From: Rebecca billardiae RCC1528
Taxonomy: Eukaryota > Protista > Haptophyta
Direction: 5' to 3'
NCBI GenBank assembly: GCA_965240325.2
Contig: OZ251227.1
Location: 2,728,001 to 2,792,000, forward strand
DNA: 64,000 bases
The notes under the pieces are model-generated. The model did no database searches. It was not told the DNA's origin and saw only the letters and a program-made list of their open reading frames with translations. The stretch's first letter is position 1, and the number at the start of each line of letters is the position of its first letter. The translations under genes were made by a program, and so were the position numbers. Positions 45,401-58,590 of the stretch are shown here, piece after piece.

Positions 45401-48400
45401 CACCTCGCCGCGGAGTACTACCTCTTCGCCGACCTCTTCCCCGGCCCGCTCGTGAAGGTGCTCGAGTGCTGGCTCAAGACGTACCCGGCCGCGCGGATCG
45501 TCACCTTGGCCGGACCGGTGGAGTGCGAGCTGCGGGCGGTGTGCCTCGCCGCGGCGGCGATCGTGAGCGGGGAGCTGGGCGACGGGCCGATCCTGCGCGT
45601 CTCCGCGCCGAGCGAGACCATCGCGACTGCGCTGCTCGCCCTGCCCAAGCCGGTGCTGGGCGAGCGCGCGGAGCTGGGCCCGACCGTGGACGCGGTCGGG
45701 CAGCTGCTGCTGTGTGTGGGCAGGATCGAGACCATCGAGGACGGCAGCGCGCGCGGCAACTCGCTCGGCGCGAGGCTCGAGCTGCACCGTGCCGGCGGGC
45801 CCGCGGCAGCCGCGGCGCACATCCGCGAGAGCGTGCTCCGGGTGCACCGCTGGGAGCCGCTGCCGCTCGGGGAGCTGCAGGAGCGCGCCGCCTCGACGGC
45901 GTCCAGCGGCATCCAGAAGTCTCGGCGCCGCGCGAGGGAGCTGCCGCGCGATCAGCACAGCTGGGCGGCCGAGCTGCTGCGGTGGAGCGCGGACAACGCG
46001 GGGCAAGTGCTCATCCATCTCGAGCCCACGCCCGAGCCCTCCCTCTATTGGCTCGAGTCCGGGCTGCTGCGCAACGTGCTGCTGTGCGCGGGCGCGGGCG
46101 CGGGGCCGGCAGGGGCGCCCGCCGGGGCCGAGGCGGACGCCCTCGGCGCGTCCAAGGCGGCGGCCGAGCGCAACGCCACGCGCGCAGAGCGGGTGCTCTC
46201 CTCGAGCATCCGCGCCGGATGCGCCATGCCCACGGCCGACGAGCCCGAGCGCGAGTGGAGGATCGGCACGTTCGCTCTGCTCGGCGTCGCCCTCGGTAAG
46301 GGGCGCGTCCCCGCGCCCAAGCTGCTGGCTTGGCTGGCCGAGCCGAGCAGCGCCCTGCACGCGCTGGCGAAGAGGCTCGAGGTGCCGGGGCTTCTCAGCC
46401 TCGCGCACGGCCTGGTGCGTGCGCTCTCGCTCGCGTGCAAGCCCGCGCGTGCGTGCCGCCCTTCCGCAGCGCGCGCTCACGCGCCGTCCGCGCTCCGGCG
46501 CGTTGCTGCTGTGCCGCGGCGCGCTGCCGCGCGGCGCAGAACGCGAACCTCCTCCGGCCGGAGGCGATGGAGCGGGGGCTGGCACCGATCGACTCCGCCG
46601 CGGTCGCGGCGCGCGCGGAGCGCATCGCGCCGGTGCTCTCGCTGCCCTGCGCCGAGCTCAGCGCGATGTGCTCCATCGATCTCTCGAGCTCGCTCGGCGC
46701 TTTGCCCGAGTACGCCAAGGCGCACTGGCGGTCTGAGAGCAGGTCAAAGCAGCCCAAGCTGGTGAAGGAGCACAACAAGGAGGCCGTGCGCGCGTACACG
46801 GTGCTGCTCGCCGCCGCACGCGGGCTCCTCGCCGGTACGCGCGGCACGGCCGCGCTGGACGCGCCGCACCTCGTGCGCGAGCTCCACCTGCTGTGCGAAC
46901 GCCTCATGCCGGTGTTCCACGGCCCAGGCGGCGTCTCGGCAGACGGTGCGCTTGCGGATGAGCTCGCCATCATCGACGCGGCAGCCGGGCTGATGGCGGT
47001 GAGCGCGGACGGCACAGCGCTGCACGTTGTGCTGCATCCGGAGCGGCAGCAGCAGCTCGCCGCGGCGCCCGCGCCCGCGCCCGGCGACGACGACGGTCCG
47101 CCCGTGGCGACACCACCGAGCGCGCCCGCGCCCGCCGACGCCGACGCCGATGCGGCGGTTGCGCGCGCGCGCCTCGCCGAGCTCGTGGGCGCCGACACGC
47201 GCTTCAGCCGCCTGCTGCTGCCCTCGTGCACGGCGTGCGAACAGGCGAGCCAGCAGCTGCCGCAGGCGTACGAGCTGCTCAAGCAGCTCTCTTCCGCTTG
47301 GCATCTCGCCAACCGCATGGAGGTGCTGGGGTGGGGCGAGCAGCTTGCGGGCGCGCCGCAGTGCGGGGCCATCGATGCGGCGATAAACGAGACTTTGCGC
47401 GCGCTGCGCGACGCGCGGCCTCTGCGCGTGCTGGTGAACGCGGCCGCGTTCGCCGCGGGCTACTTCCTGCACCACGCGCTCGGCGCGCTCGAGGAGCGCG
47501 CGACCGAGCTCTCGCGCGTGAAGGAGTCTGAGGCCGCCTACCGACTCCTCCTCGCCGAGTCGATTGCCGAGGAGGGCGAGCGCGGTGCCGCGCAGACGGT
47601 GAGGCGCGGAGGATCGCGGAAGGGTCCGGCGAGAGCCCCGCCTGCGCAGCGCAGCCGGCCCGAGGCGACTGCGCGTGCCTCGCCCACCGAGGCGCGCGGG
47701 GATGGACCGGCCACTGAGGCTGGCCCGAGCGAGCCGCCCGACGATGCCGCCGTGCTCCACGCGCCGCGGCGCGAGGCCACCGCGCGCAGCGACGCGCCGC
47801 GCGAGGCAGGCGGCCGCAGCAGCACAGGCGCGAGCACCAGCATGCCCGCCGCCGCGACGGGTGCTGGCGGTGAGCCGCAGCACGCGGCGCAGGACGGCGC
47901 CGCCCAGCGCTCGCAGCGCGGTGCGGCAGCGAGCGGCGCGGCGCGCGGCGCGGCGGCGGCAGCGGGCGGCGCGGCGAGGCAGCCCGCCGCACCACAGCAG
48001 CAGCAGCAGCCGGTGCACCCGCGAAGGTCGCCCGTGCCGCCGGCCGACGCGGGCGCCGCAGCAGTCGCGGCTGATCGCGGCCGCGCGGGCCTTGGAGGCC
48101 GGAATCAGCTGGCTGGGCAGAGAGAGCGCGACGTGGCCCTCGAGCGCGCCCTCGCCATGTCGATGACGGCGGAGGACACGGAGTTCGAGCTCTGCCCGGG
48201 GTGTAGCCGCCCCTTCGAGCTCTTGGAGCTGATCCAGCACGCGGCGGTGTGCGTCGAGGGCCGGCGTGGCGACAGGGCCAGCGGCGGGGCTGATAGCGCG
48301 GCCGATCTCAGCGGGCAGCGGCCCAGGGCTGAGGCCGCGGCCGTGCCGGCCGCGGCCGTGCAGCCGCCGCCGCCAGCTCGCGCCGCCAACGTGGGCGAGG

Positions 48401-49866
48401 CTCTGCCGCCAGCGCAGCCGCCGTTCTCCGCCGACACCACCCGCGTGGCGGCCGCGCAGCCTCCGCGGCGCACGCCCTCGTCGCCGCCGCGCCAGTCGGC
48501 CGTGCCGCCCGCCGGAGCCGTCGCGCCGCCGCCGCCGCCGCCGCCTGCGACCACGCCGGCCGCGCAGCCCGCAGCGGCGCGGCGCGGCGGCGCGGCGGCG
48601 CCGTCCCCGGCGGGCAGCAGCGCCCGCCACCCGCGCACCTTCGAGGCGGAGCAGCTCATACGCGCCCAGCTCAAGGAGTACAAGACTGAGCCATTCCAGC
48701 TCAGCCTCGGCGGCGGCGACAAGCCAATGCCAATCGGCGTCTGGGTGCCCGCGCATGCGATTTCGTGCCTGGTCGGGCCGGGCGGCGAGAGGCTGCAGAC
48801 GATGCGCGCGGAGGCGAAGGCGCACATCCAGCCGTTCCCCGCGCACGTGCCCGGCGCGGCGCGCACGCTGAACGGCGTGCTCTGCCGCAAGGTGCTCATC
48901 GCGCACCCGTCTGTCGCGCACAGGCAGCCGCAGGAGGTGACGAAGCCTTGCGACCCGGGCGCTTTTGAGCGCGCGCGCCGTCGGGTCGACCGCGCGCTGC
49001 AGCAGACGTGGCAGGCGGAGTTCAGGGCGCGCGTGGACGAGCAGCTGCGGGTGTGGGACGCGGAGGACGCGCGGGCAGGACAACCGCCGCCAACGCCGAC
49101 GCGTGGCGGTGCGCAGCCTGCGTGGGCGAGCGTGGGGGAGCAGGAGCCCACGACGGCCGCCGCCGGAGCACCACCGCCGCCGCCGCCGCCGCTGCCACCG
49201 CCACCGCTTCCATCCCACGATGCGCATCCGGCGTGGGCGAGCTTCTCGGCGCAGGAGCCCGCCGCCAGCGCGAGCGCAATGCTACCGCCGCCCCAGCCGC
49301 CGCTATCCCACGGCGGGGCGCACCCCGCGTGGGAGAGCTTGCCGCGGCAGGGCCCCGTGGCCGCGGCGAGCGCTGCGCACCGACCGCCAGTGCCAGCGCA
49401 GCTGCCCTCGTGCGGCGCCACACTTGGCGCTCGCGCCGGCGGGGCGCCGCAGGGAGCTGCTGCCGCCGGCGGCGGACGGCCGCCGCCGCCGCCAGCGCAC
49501 GGTGTCTCGAGCGCGGCGCGGCTGGGAGCGTCGCAGCCGGCCGTGGACCCAGCGATGGACCGCCGCTTTCAGCAGCTCGAGGACGAGCTGGCCACCGCAC
49601 GCGCGGGCGAGGCCGCAGAGGACCGCGCGCAGCGGCTGCTGGAGGAGGTGCGGCGGATTGCCGCCCAGGTGCAGGAGGAGCGCGAGGCACGGCTGTGCGT
49701 CGTGTGCATGCAGGCGGAGAAGAGCGCGCTCGTGATGCCCTGCAACCATGCGGTCATGTGCATGGTCTGCGCCGAGGCGGTGTGCTCGCACCCCATGGCG
49801 AGCACGCGGTGCTGTCCGCTCTGTCGATCGCCCATCGATCGCGTCGTGCGCGTCTTCTCCGGATGA
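39485..49866 (+). CDS. Giant (~3260 aa) helical protein with an internal ~630-aa duplication, UBZ-like zinc finger, KH domain and C-terminal C3HC4 RING (probable E3 ligase); 5' exons tentative; intron 46415-46539 joins the two long ORFs
   Basis: CPGC...H...C at 48193-48252. VPAHAISCLVGPGGERLQTMR KH GxxG loop. CVVC...PCNH..MC..C...CPLCR at 49696-49830. GT-AG introns at 39671-39829, about 39918-40103, about 40124-40249 and 46415-46539. Confidence 0.8.
40681..44580 (+). repeat. Intragenic tandem duplication (about 40681-42600 vs 42700-44580)
   Basis: Long near-identical nucleotide blocks, for example those encoding FDPSVLGAARASSLAGRRALEQLYTTARELMDD...KHLAPEVL in both copies. Confidence 0.97.
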
Positions 49867-50100
49867 CGCTGCTGAGATGCTGCTGATGAGTAGTGCTGAT
49901 GCCGACGACACAGAAATCACATCGTATAGTCGTCGAACCCGATAGATGATGGCGAATCTACAGTAGGCCCTCGACCCGGGTCTGTGGTGATAACGACCGA
50001 AATTAGTGTGCTTGCTCATGTAACGTGCACACGTCTTGGTTCAGGCCGGTGTCCGATACTCCAACGGGCGGCTGCGTATCGGACGTGCTGCGGCGGGACG

Positions 50101-51819
50101 ATGGCGGACGACGACGACGCACGCGCGGACTCGACGAAAAGGTTCAGGCCGGACGCGGACGGGCCGCTGTCGACGGTGCGCGTCTGCGCGCCCTCCCTCC
50201 TCTCGGGCGCGTTCCCCGTGCTCGCGCGCTGGCACCGCGAGCAGGTGCGCACGGGCGCCGCCGCGCCCCTGCCGGCTGGCACTCGCGGCGGCCCGCGCTC
50301 GATGCTGTGTCAGATCGCGTCGTCTGCTGAGGGCCGAGCATTCCTGCGACGATGCGTCGATCGCTTCGAGTCGGAGGCGGCAAAGGCCCAAGACCCAATC
50401 GATGGAGCGCAGGCCCTCGGCACGGCCGCGTCGCTCGCATGGGCGAATGGTGAGCTGGAGCGCGCGTGGCACAACCTCACCGGCGCGATCTGTGCGTGCG
50501 AGGAGTCTGGTGATCTGGACGCGCTCGCCGAGCTGCGCTCGCTGCAGCTGCGGCTGGGCCGCCAGCGCGAGCTCGACGCGCAGCGGCGGGCTGGCCTGCG
50601 CGCGCCGCGCCCGCCCCGCCTGCGCGTCCACGAGGTCGAGCGCGTCGACCCGCGCGCCCTCTCGGTCGCCGCATTTCAAGAGCGGTACGCTCGGCCGGGC
50701 ACGCCTGTCGTGCTCGTCGGGCTCGCGCGCGAGGTGGTGCGCGACTGCCCGTTCGAGTGGTCGATCGGCGAGTGGGCGCGCGTGGCGCGCGCGCACGGCT
50801 CCGACCACGACGCCCACCCGGCCCTCGGCGCCGCGCTGCGTACGCCCATCGTGCTCAAGCGGCGCGCGCGCGGCTCGGTGGAGTGGGCGCGCATGGAGGA
50901 CGACGATGACGCGCGCACGCAGCCACCCGGTGGCGGCGAGCGCGGTCGCGCCGCGCCGACGCTCGCCGACGCGGTGCTCGGCTGCGCCGAGGGCGACGCG
51001 TCGTGGACCGGCTACCTCTTCGACTGGAGCCTGCCGCTCAACTGCCCGTCGCTGCTCGAGGGCGTCCGCATCCCTCGCTACTTTGCGAGTGACGCGCTGC
51101 AGGCGTGCGCGAGCGGCGGCGCGCTGTACCGCGAGACGTGGCCGTCCCTCTTCCTCGGGCCCGCGGGCTCGTCGTGCGGGCTGCACGTGGACACCTTTGG
51201 CTCCAACTTCTGGTGCGCCCTGCTCGACGGCACCAAGCGCTGGGCCTTCTTCCCGCGCGAGCAGCTCGGCCTGCTCGGCGCGAGCCTAGTGCACTCGCAA
51301 GACCCGGTGCTGGACGAGGCGGCCGACGCGCTCGCGAGCGCGCTCGCGGACGTGCCCGTGGCGCAGCTGTGCGCGGACGAGGGCTGGGCGGCGTGGCCGG
51401 GCGTGGAGGGGACGCCGCCGGCGCTCGAGCGCGTGAGCCCGCTCGTGTGCGAGCTGCGCGCCGGCGACGTGCTCTTCGTGCCGGCGGGCATGCCGCACGC
51501 CGTTGCCAACGTCGGCGGCGCGCCGGCCCTGTCGCTCTCGGCCAATTACGTGGACGCGTCCAACGCGCGAGATGCACTGCGTGAGCTCGAGGCCGCGGCG
51601 ACCACCGACCCGCGCGCCGGCGCGCTGCTTAGCGAGCTGCGCCGGAACGTGGACGACGGTGGCGCCAGCCCGGCCGTGCCGCGCGGCCGGCTCGCCGCCG
51701 TGTATGAGATCGGCGAGCACGTGCCGTACGCCACCTTCAAGCGCGGCGACCCGAGCGACGGCGGGCGCTGGCCACTCGTAGGCTCTGCAGGAGACGACTC
51801 ACTCAAGTCACTGTGCTGA
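50101..51819 (+). CDS. JmjC-domain 2-oxoglutarate/Fe(II) oxygenase (JMJD4/JMJD6-like, Cupin_8) with an N-terminal helical region
   Basis: FQERYARPGTPVVL, WPSLFLGPAGSSCGLHVD (HxD), GTKRWAFFP, GDVLFVPAGMPHAVAN. Confidence 0.92.
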   Translation: MADDDDARADSTKRFRPDADGPLSTVRVCAPSLLSGAFPVLARWHREQVRTGAAAPLPAGTRGGPRSMLCQIASSAEGRAFLRRCVDRFESEAAKAQDPIDGAQALGTAASLAWANGELERAWHNLTGAICACEESGDLDALAELRSLQLRLGRQRELDAQRRAGLRAPRPPRLRVHEVERVDPRALSVAAFQERYARPGTPVVLVGLAREVVRDCPFEWSIGEWARVARAHGSDHDAHPALGAALRTPIVLKRRARGSVEWARMEDDDDARTQPPGGGERGRAAPTLADAVLGCAEGDASWTGYLFDWSLPLNCPSLLEGVRIPRYFASDALQACASGGALYRETWPSLFLGPAGSSCGLHVDTFGSNFWCALLDGTKRWAFFPREQLGLLGASLVHSQDPVLDEAADALASALADVPVAQLCADEGWAAWPGVEGTPPALERVSPLVCELRAGDVLFVPAGMPHAVANVGGAPALSLSANYVDASNARDALRELEAAATTDPRAGALLSELRRNVDDGGASPAVPRGRLAAVYEIGEHVPYATFKRGDPSDGGRWPLVGSAGDDSLKSLC

Positions 51820-52103
51820 CTCGCGAGTCGCGCACGACTTATCTGCTGCTGGGAGCCCGATGACCTACATACTAGCTGTAGCGTCATATATGGCGGGGCC
51901 GAAGGTGGGCACGCCTGGCATATAGCTAAGACTGCCGACGAGGCGGCTGCGTGATGTGTCCCTATACGAGTTCAGCAGAGCAGCATCATCACGCGGAGCA
52001 TCAGTGGGATTTACTGCTACGTGTCGTCCGCCGCCCGTCAGAATGCACGATGACGCTGCGTGAGCGGCAGCAGCAGATGATTAGCCAGATGCATCAGCAG
52101 TGC

Positions 52104-53089
<986 letters not shown>

Positions 53090-53308
53090 GCCATCTCGCA
53101 CGCCGCGCCTGGCGAAGCAGGCGGCAGAGGCCGGCGCCGGAAACCGATCTCCTGGGCGGCAGAACAACCCGGACAGACTGTTTGTCCGGGAGCAGCAGCG
53201 CCCTTTGAGGCGATGGTCTGGTAGAGGGCGATGTGGCTGATGAGCGGCGCTGGCGCCCGGCGTTCTTGTCGTCCTCTTAGACAATCAGTTATTGTACCAA
53301 TAACCCCA

Positions 53309-53448
<140 letters not shown>

Positions 53449-54099
53449 ACCAGGTGTACCAAATCCGACCAAAATGTACCAACTACTCGTCCAAAGAATG
53501 TATGTACCATCAACGACCGACTCAGGGCTCCAAGACGGTACACCGGACACCGGTAAATCCCGTACCAGTGCGTAGCTACCGGTAGTGCGTACCGGTATGC
53601 ACCGCCACCGACTAACTGCCGCGCACCGGTGAGTGAGAGTCCGGGAGGGGCCGTGTGCGCCCGGACCACAGCACCCGCGAGTACGGACTACGCGGAGCTG
53701 TCAGTGTCCGAGGTCACGGAGTCACTCACTCTCAGACTCAGGGAAGGCGAAGCCTACGCCGCGATTTCGATCGTCCAATAATTGGGCTGTTTCTATATAT
53801 CAGTAAATAGGGCCCAAAACTTTTCTTCGCTTTTGGGCCGGCGGGGCCCCGGGGGACACCCGCCCCGGACCCCCCCGCGGTGCGCGCACCGGTGTACCGG
53901 TACACCGGCGCCTGCGGGCTGCGGCGCCGGTGCACCGGTACGCGTACCGAGCACCGGGTCTTTGAGCCCTGAAACTCATGTACGTGCGAGGCATCGGGCA
54001 TCAAGTCTGGGCGTGGGCCGCTGTAGAGTGGTGGCGATGGCTCACACGCCTGGGGAGGTGTCGTCGTTTGCGCGCGCCTCTTCCTGCTGCTCTTTACCG

Positions 54100-54510
54100 G
54101 TGCCGTAGCGTGCTCTGCTGCGCAGGCTGAGCCTGCCTGCCAGTTGGTGCTAGGATACAGTAGGCACATTTGCCTGGCGGGGTGGGCATCAGACGCATCA
54201 GTGTCGTTTGGGCAGGGGGAGTATGATGCACTCGCATCCAAGTATCCAACGGCTGTATTTCGCCCCCAGTGGTATCCGTTGTAAGCCCCTTGGTTAGATG
54301 GCGTCAATCAGAGCTGCTCAGGCGAGATTGACGAACGCCAATACTGTATGTGCCAATCATGGCATCATCAGACGCGCTCTCACAGCAGGGACTTTCATAG
54401 CAGGGCTTTTTTTGGCCCCGAGTCAAAAAGACTTATTGGCATCTTGGAAGAAGAAGGTGATGTTGTCGTCATCAAGGAATGCACAATCGTACTACCAATC
54501 GAGGGTGGGG
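54100..54510 (-). pseudogene. Possible degraded C-type-lectin-like fragment
   Basis: Broken frames FFFQDANKSF and GYHWGRNTAVGYLD...CPND...MCLLYPSTNWQAGSAC resemble CTLD spacing. Stops and frameshifts present; lower GC than the genes. Confidence 0.25.
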
Positions 54511-54792
54511 GGCCGCCCTCCAGCCCTGGTGCCCTCTGGCGGCGGCGGCGCGGCAGGTTCCTGCAGTACCCGGGTGGAGAGCGGCGGAAAATAATAAGCA
54601 CAATCATCGTCGCGGAGGAGTCGTCGGGAGTCGGAGTGCAGGCCTCCGTGACGACGAGGAGTTCGTGCGGAAGCGGCATCGACACAGACTGGACGGAGGT
54701 GTCAGGGGCTCCTCGGCTGGAGACGTCATCCCCGCGAGCGAGGTCTCGCCGTCTTTCGCGGTCTTTCCCGCGGGAGTTGGCGGAGCGCACCC

Positions 54793-55890
54793 ATGCCTGC
54801 CGATCGTGACGACGAGGAACGGGGCTTGATCGAGTCTGCATCAAAACGACCCCGTCGCGGGTGGGCGCTCGTGGTCGCTGGGGCGGTCGTGCTGGGCACG
54901 CTGCTCGGCTACGCCCTCGCGGCGCGCAGGTTTGCCGAGATCAATTACGCTCTTGCTCCCAGGGCGTTCGAGCCCACCGCCCTGACCGCGCCAACAGCGC
55001 CGGTCATCCTGCCGCCCGCCAACGACCTGCTATCGGCCTGCCGTGCGCTGTGGCGACGTAAGGAGGATACCCACGCTGTCGCTGAGCGTGCCTGGCGCTC
55101 GCGTCTCGCCACCATGGGGCACACGCTGACGAGTGCCTTTGTCCCTCGTCGCCAGAAATGGCAGAAATCCGTCTTTGACCCTTACGAGCCGCTCTGGTCG
55201 TGCGAGGACCGTGAGCGCGTGGGCGCTGGCCCGCGCTACGTCGCGATTGGCGACGGCCCAAAGTTCGCCTGCGGGATCGAGACGATCAAGCCGCCGTGCC
55301 TCGTGTACAACATTGGCTCCAACAACGACATCAGCTTCGAGCAGGCCGTGCACGCGCACACCCATTGCGAGATTCACACCTTCGACCCGACCCTCAGGCG
55401 GCCCTATATTGGGGGCAAGTACTCGGCATTCCACGCCATCGGCCTCGCCGATCGGAAGAGGACCTACAGCGGCTGGAAGATGCTCTCGCTCGGACAGATG
55501 ATGGCCAACCTGTCGCACGTCGGCCGGCGCATCGACATCCTCAAGGTGGACTGCGAGGGCTGCGAGTGGGAGGCGCTGCCGGCCGTGTTCCGGGAGATGC
55601 AGGCGGGCCGTCTGCAGGTGGGGCAGCTGCTCATCGAGGTGCACAGCGTGCCAGTGTGGACGCGGAAGCAATGGGCGTTCTTCGAGGACGCGGCCAAGGC
55701 GGGGCTGCGTCTCTTCTCCAAGGAGCGTAACGGCTGGGGCTGCTACGGCTGGAAGTGCGTCGAGTTCTCCTACGTGGATAGCTTGCAGGCGTGCCGCGCA
55801 TTCACGAGCACGCACTGCCCGGGCCACGAGCCCGCCAGCGTGTGTGGACAGCTGCCTGCAACAATATTAACGGCCAATAATAAGCCGTGA
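54793..55890 (+). CDS. Methyltransf_22 / METTL24-like SAM-dependent methyltransferase, type II membrane
   Basis: GDGPKFAC, CLVYNIGSNNDISFE, CEIHTFDPT, IDILKVDCEGCEW, QLLIEVH, LFSKERN...CVEFS. Confidence 0.92.
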   Translation: MPADRDDEERGLIESASKRPRRGWALVVAGAVVLGTLLGYALAARRFAEINYALAPRAFEPTALTAPTAPVILPPANDLLSACRALWRRKEDTHAVAERAWRSRLATMGHTLTSAFVPRRQKWQKSVFDPYEPLWSCEDRERVGAGPRYVAIGDGPKFACGIETIKPPCLVYNIGSNNDISFEQAVHAHTHCEIHTFDPTLRRPYIGGKYSAFHAIGLADRKRTYSGWKMLSLGQMMANLSHVGRRIDILKVDCEGCEWEALPAVFREMQAGRLQVGQLLIEVHSVPVWTRKQWAFFEDAAKAGLRLFSKERNGWGCYGWKCVEFSYVDSLQACRAFTSTHCPGHEPASVCGQLPATILTANNKP

Positions 55891-56195
55891 TGATGACGCC
55901 CTCGGTTCAGAAATGATGGCACGGGTTTCAATGAAAGTTATACGTCGGTCGATGTCAACTGCAATACTCCGTAAGCTATATAGCAGCTAGTGATAATAGC
56001 ATTGAGTGAGACATCAATATTAGCCGCTGGGCATCATGCAGATGCTCACGGGCGCCAAACGAATCAATCACGGCATCGTCAAGCTGCGACCCGATATATT
56101 ATTATTATATTATTAATATATTATACAAAGCGCTTTAACGTATTATCATCATCCGTCGTCGCTATTCGTTCCGTTACAATAATATATATATATAT

Positions 56196-58229
56196 CACAG
56201 TAAAGAAATCGATTTTCGGCGTTACCGTAACCCGTCCGCACTTCCGCCCAGTGGGGATGCGGGGGATTTTTTTTCATGCCGCGTTCGCGGCACTTCGCGC
56301 CGCCACAGTGGGGAAAGATCGGGCCGAAGCCGTTTGAGCATGGTCGTTCGCGCGCACGCCCATTCGAATCGATGGCGCGCTCCGAGCGGCGGGCGTGCGC
56401 GCATGTGTGCCGCGAGGGGGGCTGCGAGGCGTCGGCCGGCCTGCCAAGGCGGTTCCCCGGGGCGGCGTCACCCTCGCCCGCCCCTCCTCGCCCACCCTCG
56501 CTCCACGGGCGGCCACACGTGACCTGTTAAGATGACTTCACGGGAGCCGCGCGGCACGCGCGCGGAGAGGCGAGGAAGTGGTGTTTCGCGGAAAAACGCA
56601 ACGTCGCATTGTGCTCAACCCATGTGAGCACCCGCTCCACAAGTTTGCGCGCTTTCAAACCGCACACAGCGGCCTGAGCAGCTCCCAGACTGAGTTTCGC
56701 TCTTGAAGCCTGTTTTTGGGCCAGATCTTGGTGTGGATGTAGCGCGGCGAGGAGGCGCCGGGCGCGCGCCCGAGCTGCGTGCTGGCACTCGCCATGACCC
56801 ATAGGCATCGTCCGTCGCGAACGACCCGGCTCGCCTCGACCTCTCCGACCCGCCGGGCAGCCACGACCGAGCACGGCACGACAATGGCCAAACCGGGAGG
56901 CTTCTCAGACCGCGCGGGATGGGCATAGGCGCGAGAGAGGGCGCCCAGCGCGCTCTTGAGATGCACAGGAGCACGCACTGATGCGTATGGAACCATCCCA
57001 TCACGATCGCCCCGACCTGGCGCGCCCTATCTGGCCCGTCAGGCTGCCCGCGCCGCCGCCGCCGCGCCACGCCGCCGCCATGGGCGCCGCCGCATCGCGG
57101 GCACGTGGGTAAGTCTGTATTCAACAAATACAGAATTTCCGGCGCGGCCCTCTGTTGGGCGGCAAGGTCGGTCTGGTCGACACCTGCCGCGCGGCATGGG
57201 CCACGGCGCGGCGAGGTGGCGGCTGGCGCACCGCGGCGCGGGCGGGATGGCTCGAAGACACCACCGCCCCGCCTCCCACGCCGCGCCGTGCGCGTGCGCC
57301 GTGCTCTCGTCGCGTACCGAATTTCCTGCGGCGAGCGACGTCACACAGCGCGACCATGCCATCGCGCGACCAAGTGCCGTCCAGCTCGGCGATTTGTCGT
57401 ATTTGTTGAATACATGCGGGTACGAATCGGACGCACGACGCCCTCGACGCACACGTCGAGAGCCACGCGCGCGGCGTGGACTGGCACGCGACGCGGAGAT
57501 GGCGGGCGCGGTGCCGCGGGCGCGCGACTGGTCTAGAACAGCACAATGAAGCGCGGGACGGCGCCGCGCGCGTGGGCTCGCTGCCGTCTCCTCGCAGTCG
57601 AATATTTCTGTGCACCCTCCTACCAGGTCAGTCGACCGACTTGCACGCGGCATGCGAGCACTGCGTGCGGGGAGGAGTGTGACATGGCAGGCTGTGGCGA
57701 GGTGGATGGCCGTGCAGGAATATGCTAGGAAGGGCCGCTCCCGCGCTCGCGCGGTGCCTCGCGCACGCCTCGTCGAGGACGAGCGTGTTTGAATGGCTCC
57801 GGGGAGGCCTGAGACTTCGCTTGTTCACAGCAGCGCGCGACAGGTGCACACAACGAAGGTGACGACCAGGCACTCCGGCGAGGGCGGCTGTGCTGGCAGC
57901 AGACTGCATTCGGAGTAAGATGCGCCATCTTACGCGCCGCTTCGCCTCGCTGCATCGCCGCACTGAGCAGCAGGGCTCCACGCTCACGAATGGCTCACCA
58001 CGAGCTACGTGACCGGCCAGCCGCGTGCAACCCGGCGAGGCAGAGAGGGGCGGAGGGATGGGGAGGCTGGGTGGGATGTTGCAGTCCCATGCCCGGGGCA
58101 CTCGTCAGGCGCCTGCGCGGCCACCGTAGCGTCTTCTGTGCGCTCGTGCGGCCCGCGCGAGAATTTCCCCGAAAATCGGCTCGTGTCGGACGGGTTACGG
58201 AAACGATAATCCCGTTTTTGTTCACTGTG
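56196..58229. mobile_element. Non-autonomous CMC/EnSpm-like DNA transposon (CACAG ends), 2034 bp, inserted in (AT)n
   Basis: Termini CACAGT...ACTGTG. The 14-bp ccgtaacccgtccg is inverted at 56225-56238 and 58187-58200, each exactly 29 bp from the end. Flanks AT(AT) on both sides. Confidence 0.8.
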
Positions 58230-58420
58230 ATATATGTGTGTGTCCTCCTGCATGAAGAGCGACGCGACGCCATTGAGTATGGACGAACATCACCCACAGT
58301 CTGCGTGATGTGCATGCGAGGGCAGGTATTGCAGCATATATGCGAGCATGCAGCAAATGCCGATACACACCATGCCGAAATGGTGATGTATAAATATATA
58401 CTTGCGCGTGGTGGGGATTT

Positions 58421-58590
58421 GTCCCTGGCTGAACGGGAAGAGCGACTGAGCCGACGGTGCCAAAGCTGCGCGCAGACTGCGCCAGCGTGTGGCAGCAAGG
58501 TCCCTGGCTGAACGGGAAGAGCGACTGAGCCGACGGTGCCAAAGCTGCGCGCAGACTGCGCCAGCGTGTGGCAGCAAGGAGTCCCTGGCT
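58421..58590. repeat. 79-bp perfect tandem duplication plus a partial third unit
   Basis: 58421-58499 equals 58500-58578; gtccctggct recurs at 58581. Confidence 0.95.

Noticed and set aside
10662-51887. Numerous long Arg/Ala/Pro-rich overlapping ORFs (for example 10729-13185 +, 22546-25116 -, 46744-49227 -)
   Set aside because: Expected stop-poor shadows of very GC-rich genes, with no domain signatures.
58421-58590. Possible CRISPR-like array (also 60592-60808 and 15248-15350)
   Set aside because: Only 2-3 units, no unique spacers, no cas genes, and a eukaryotic context.
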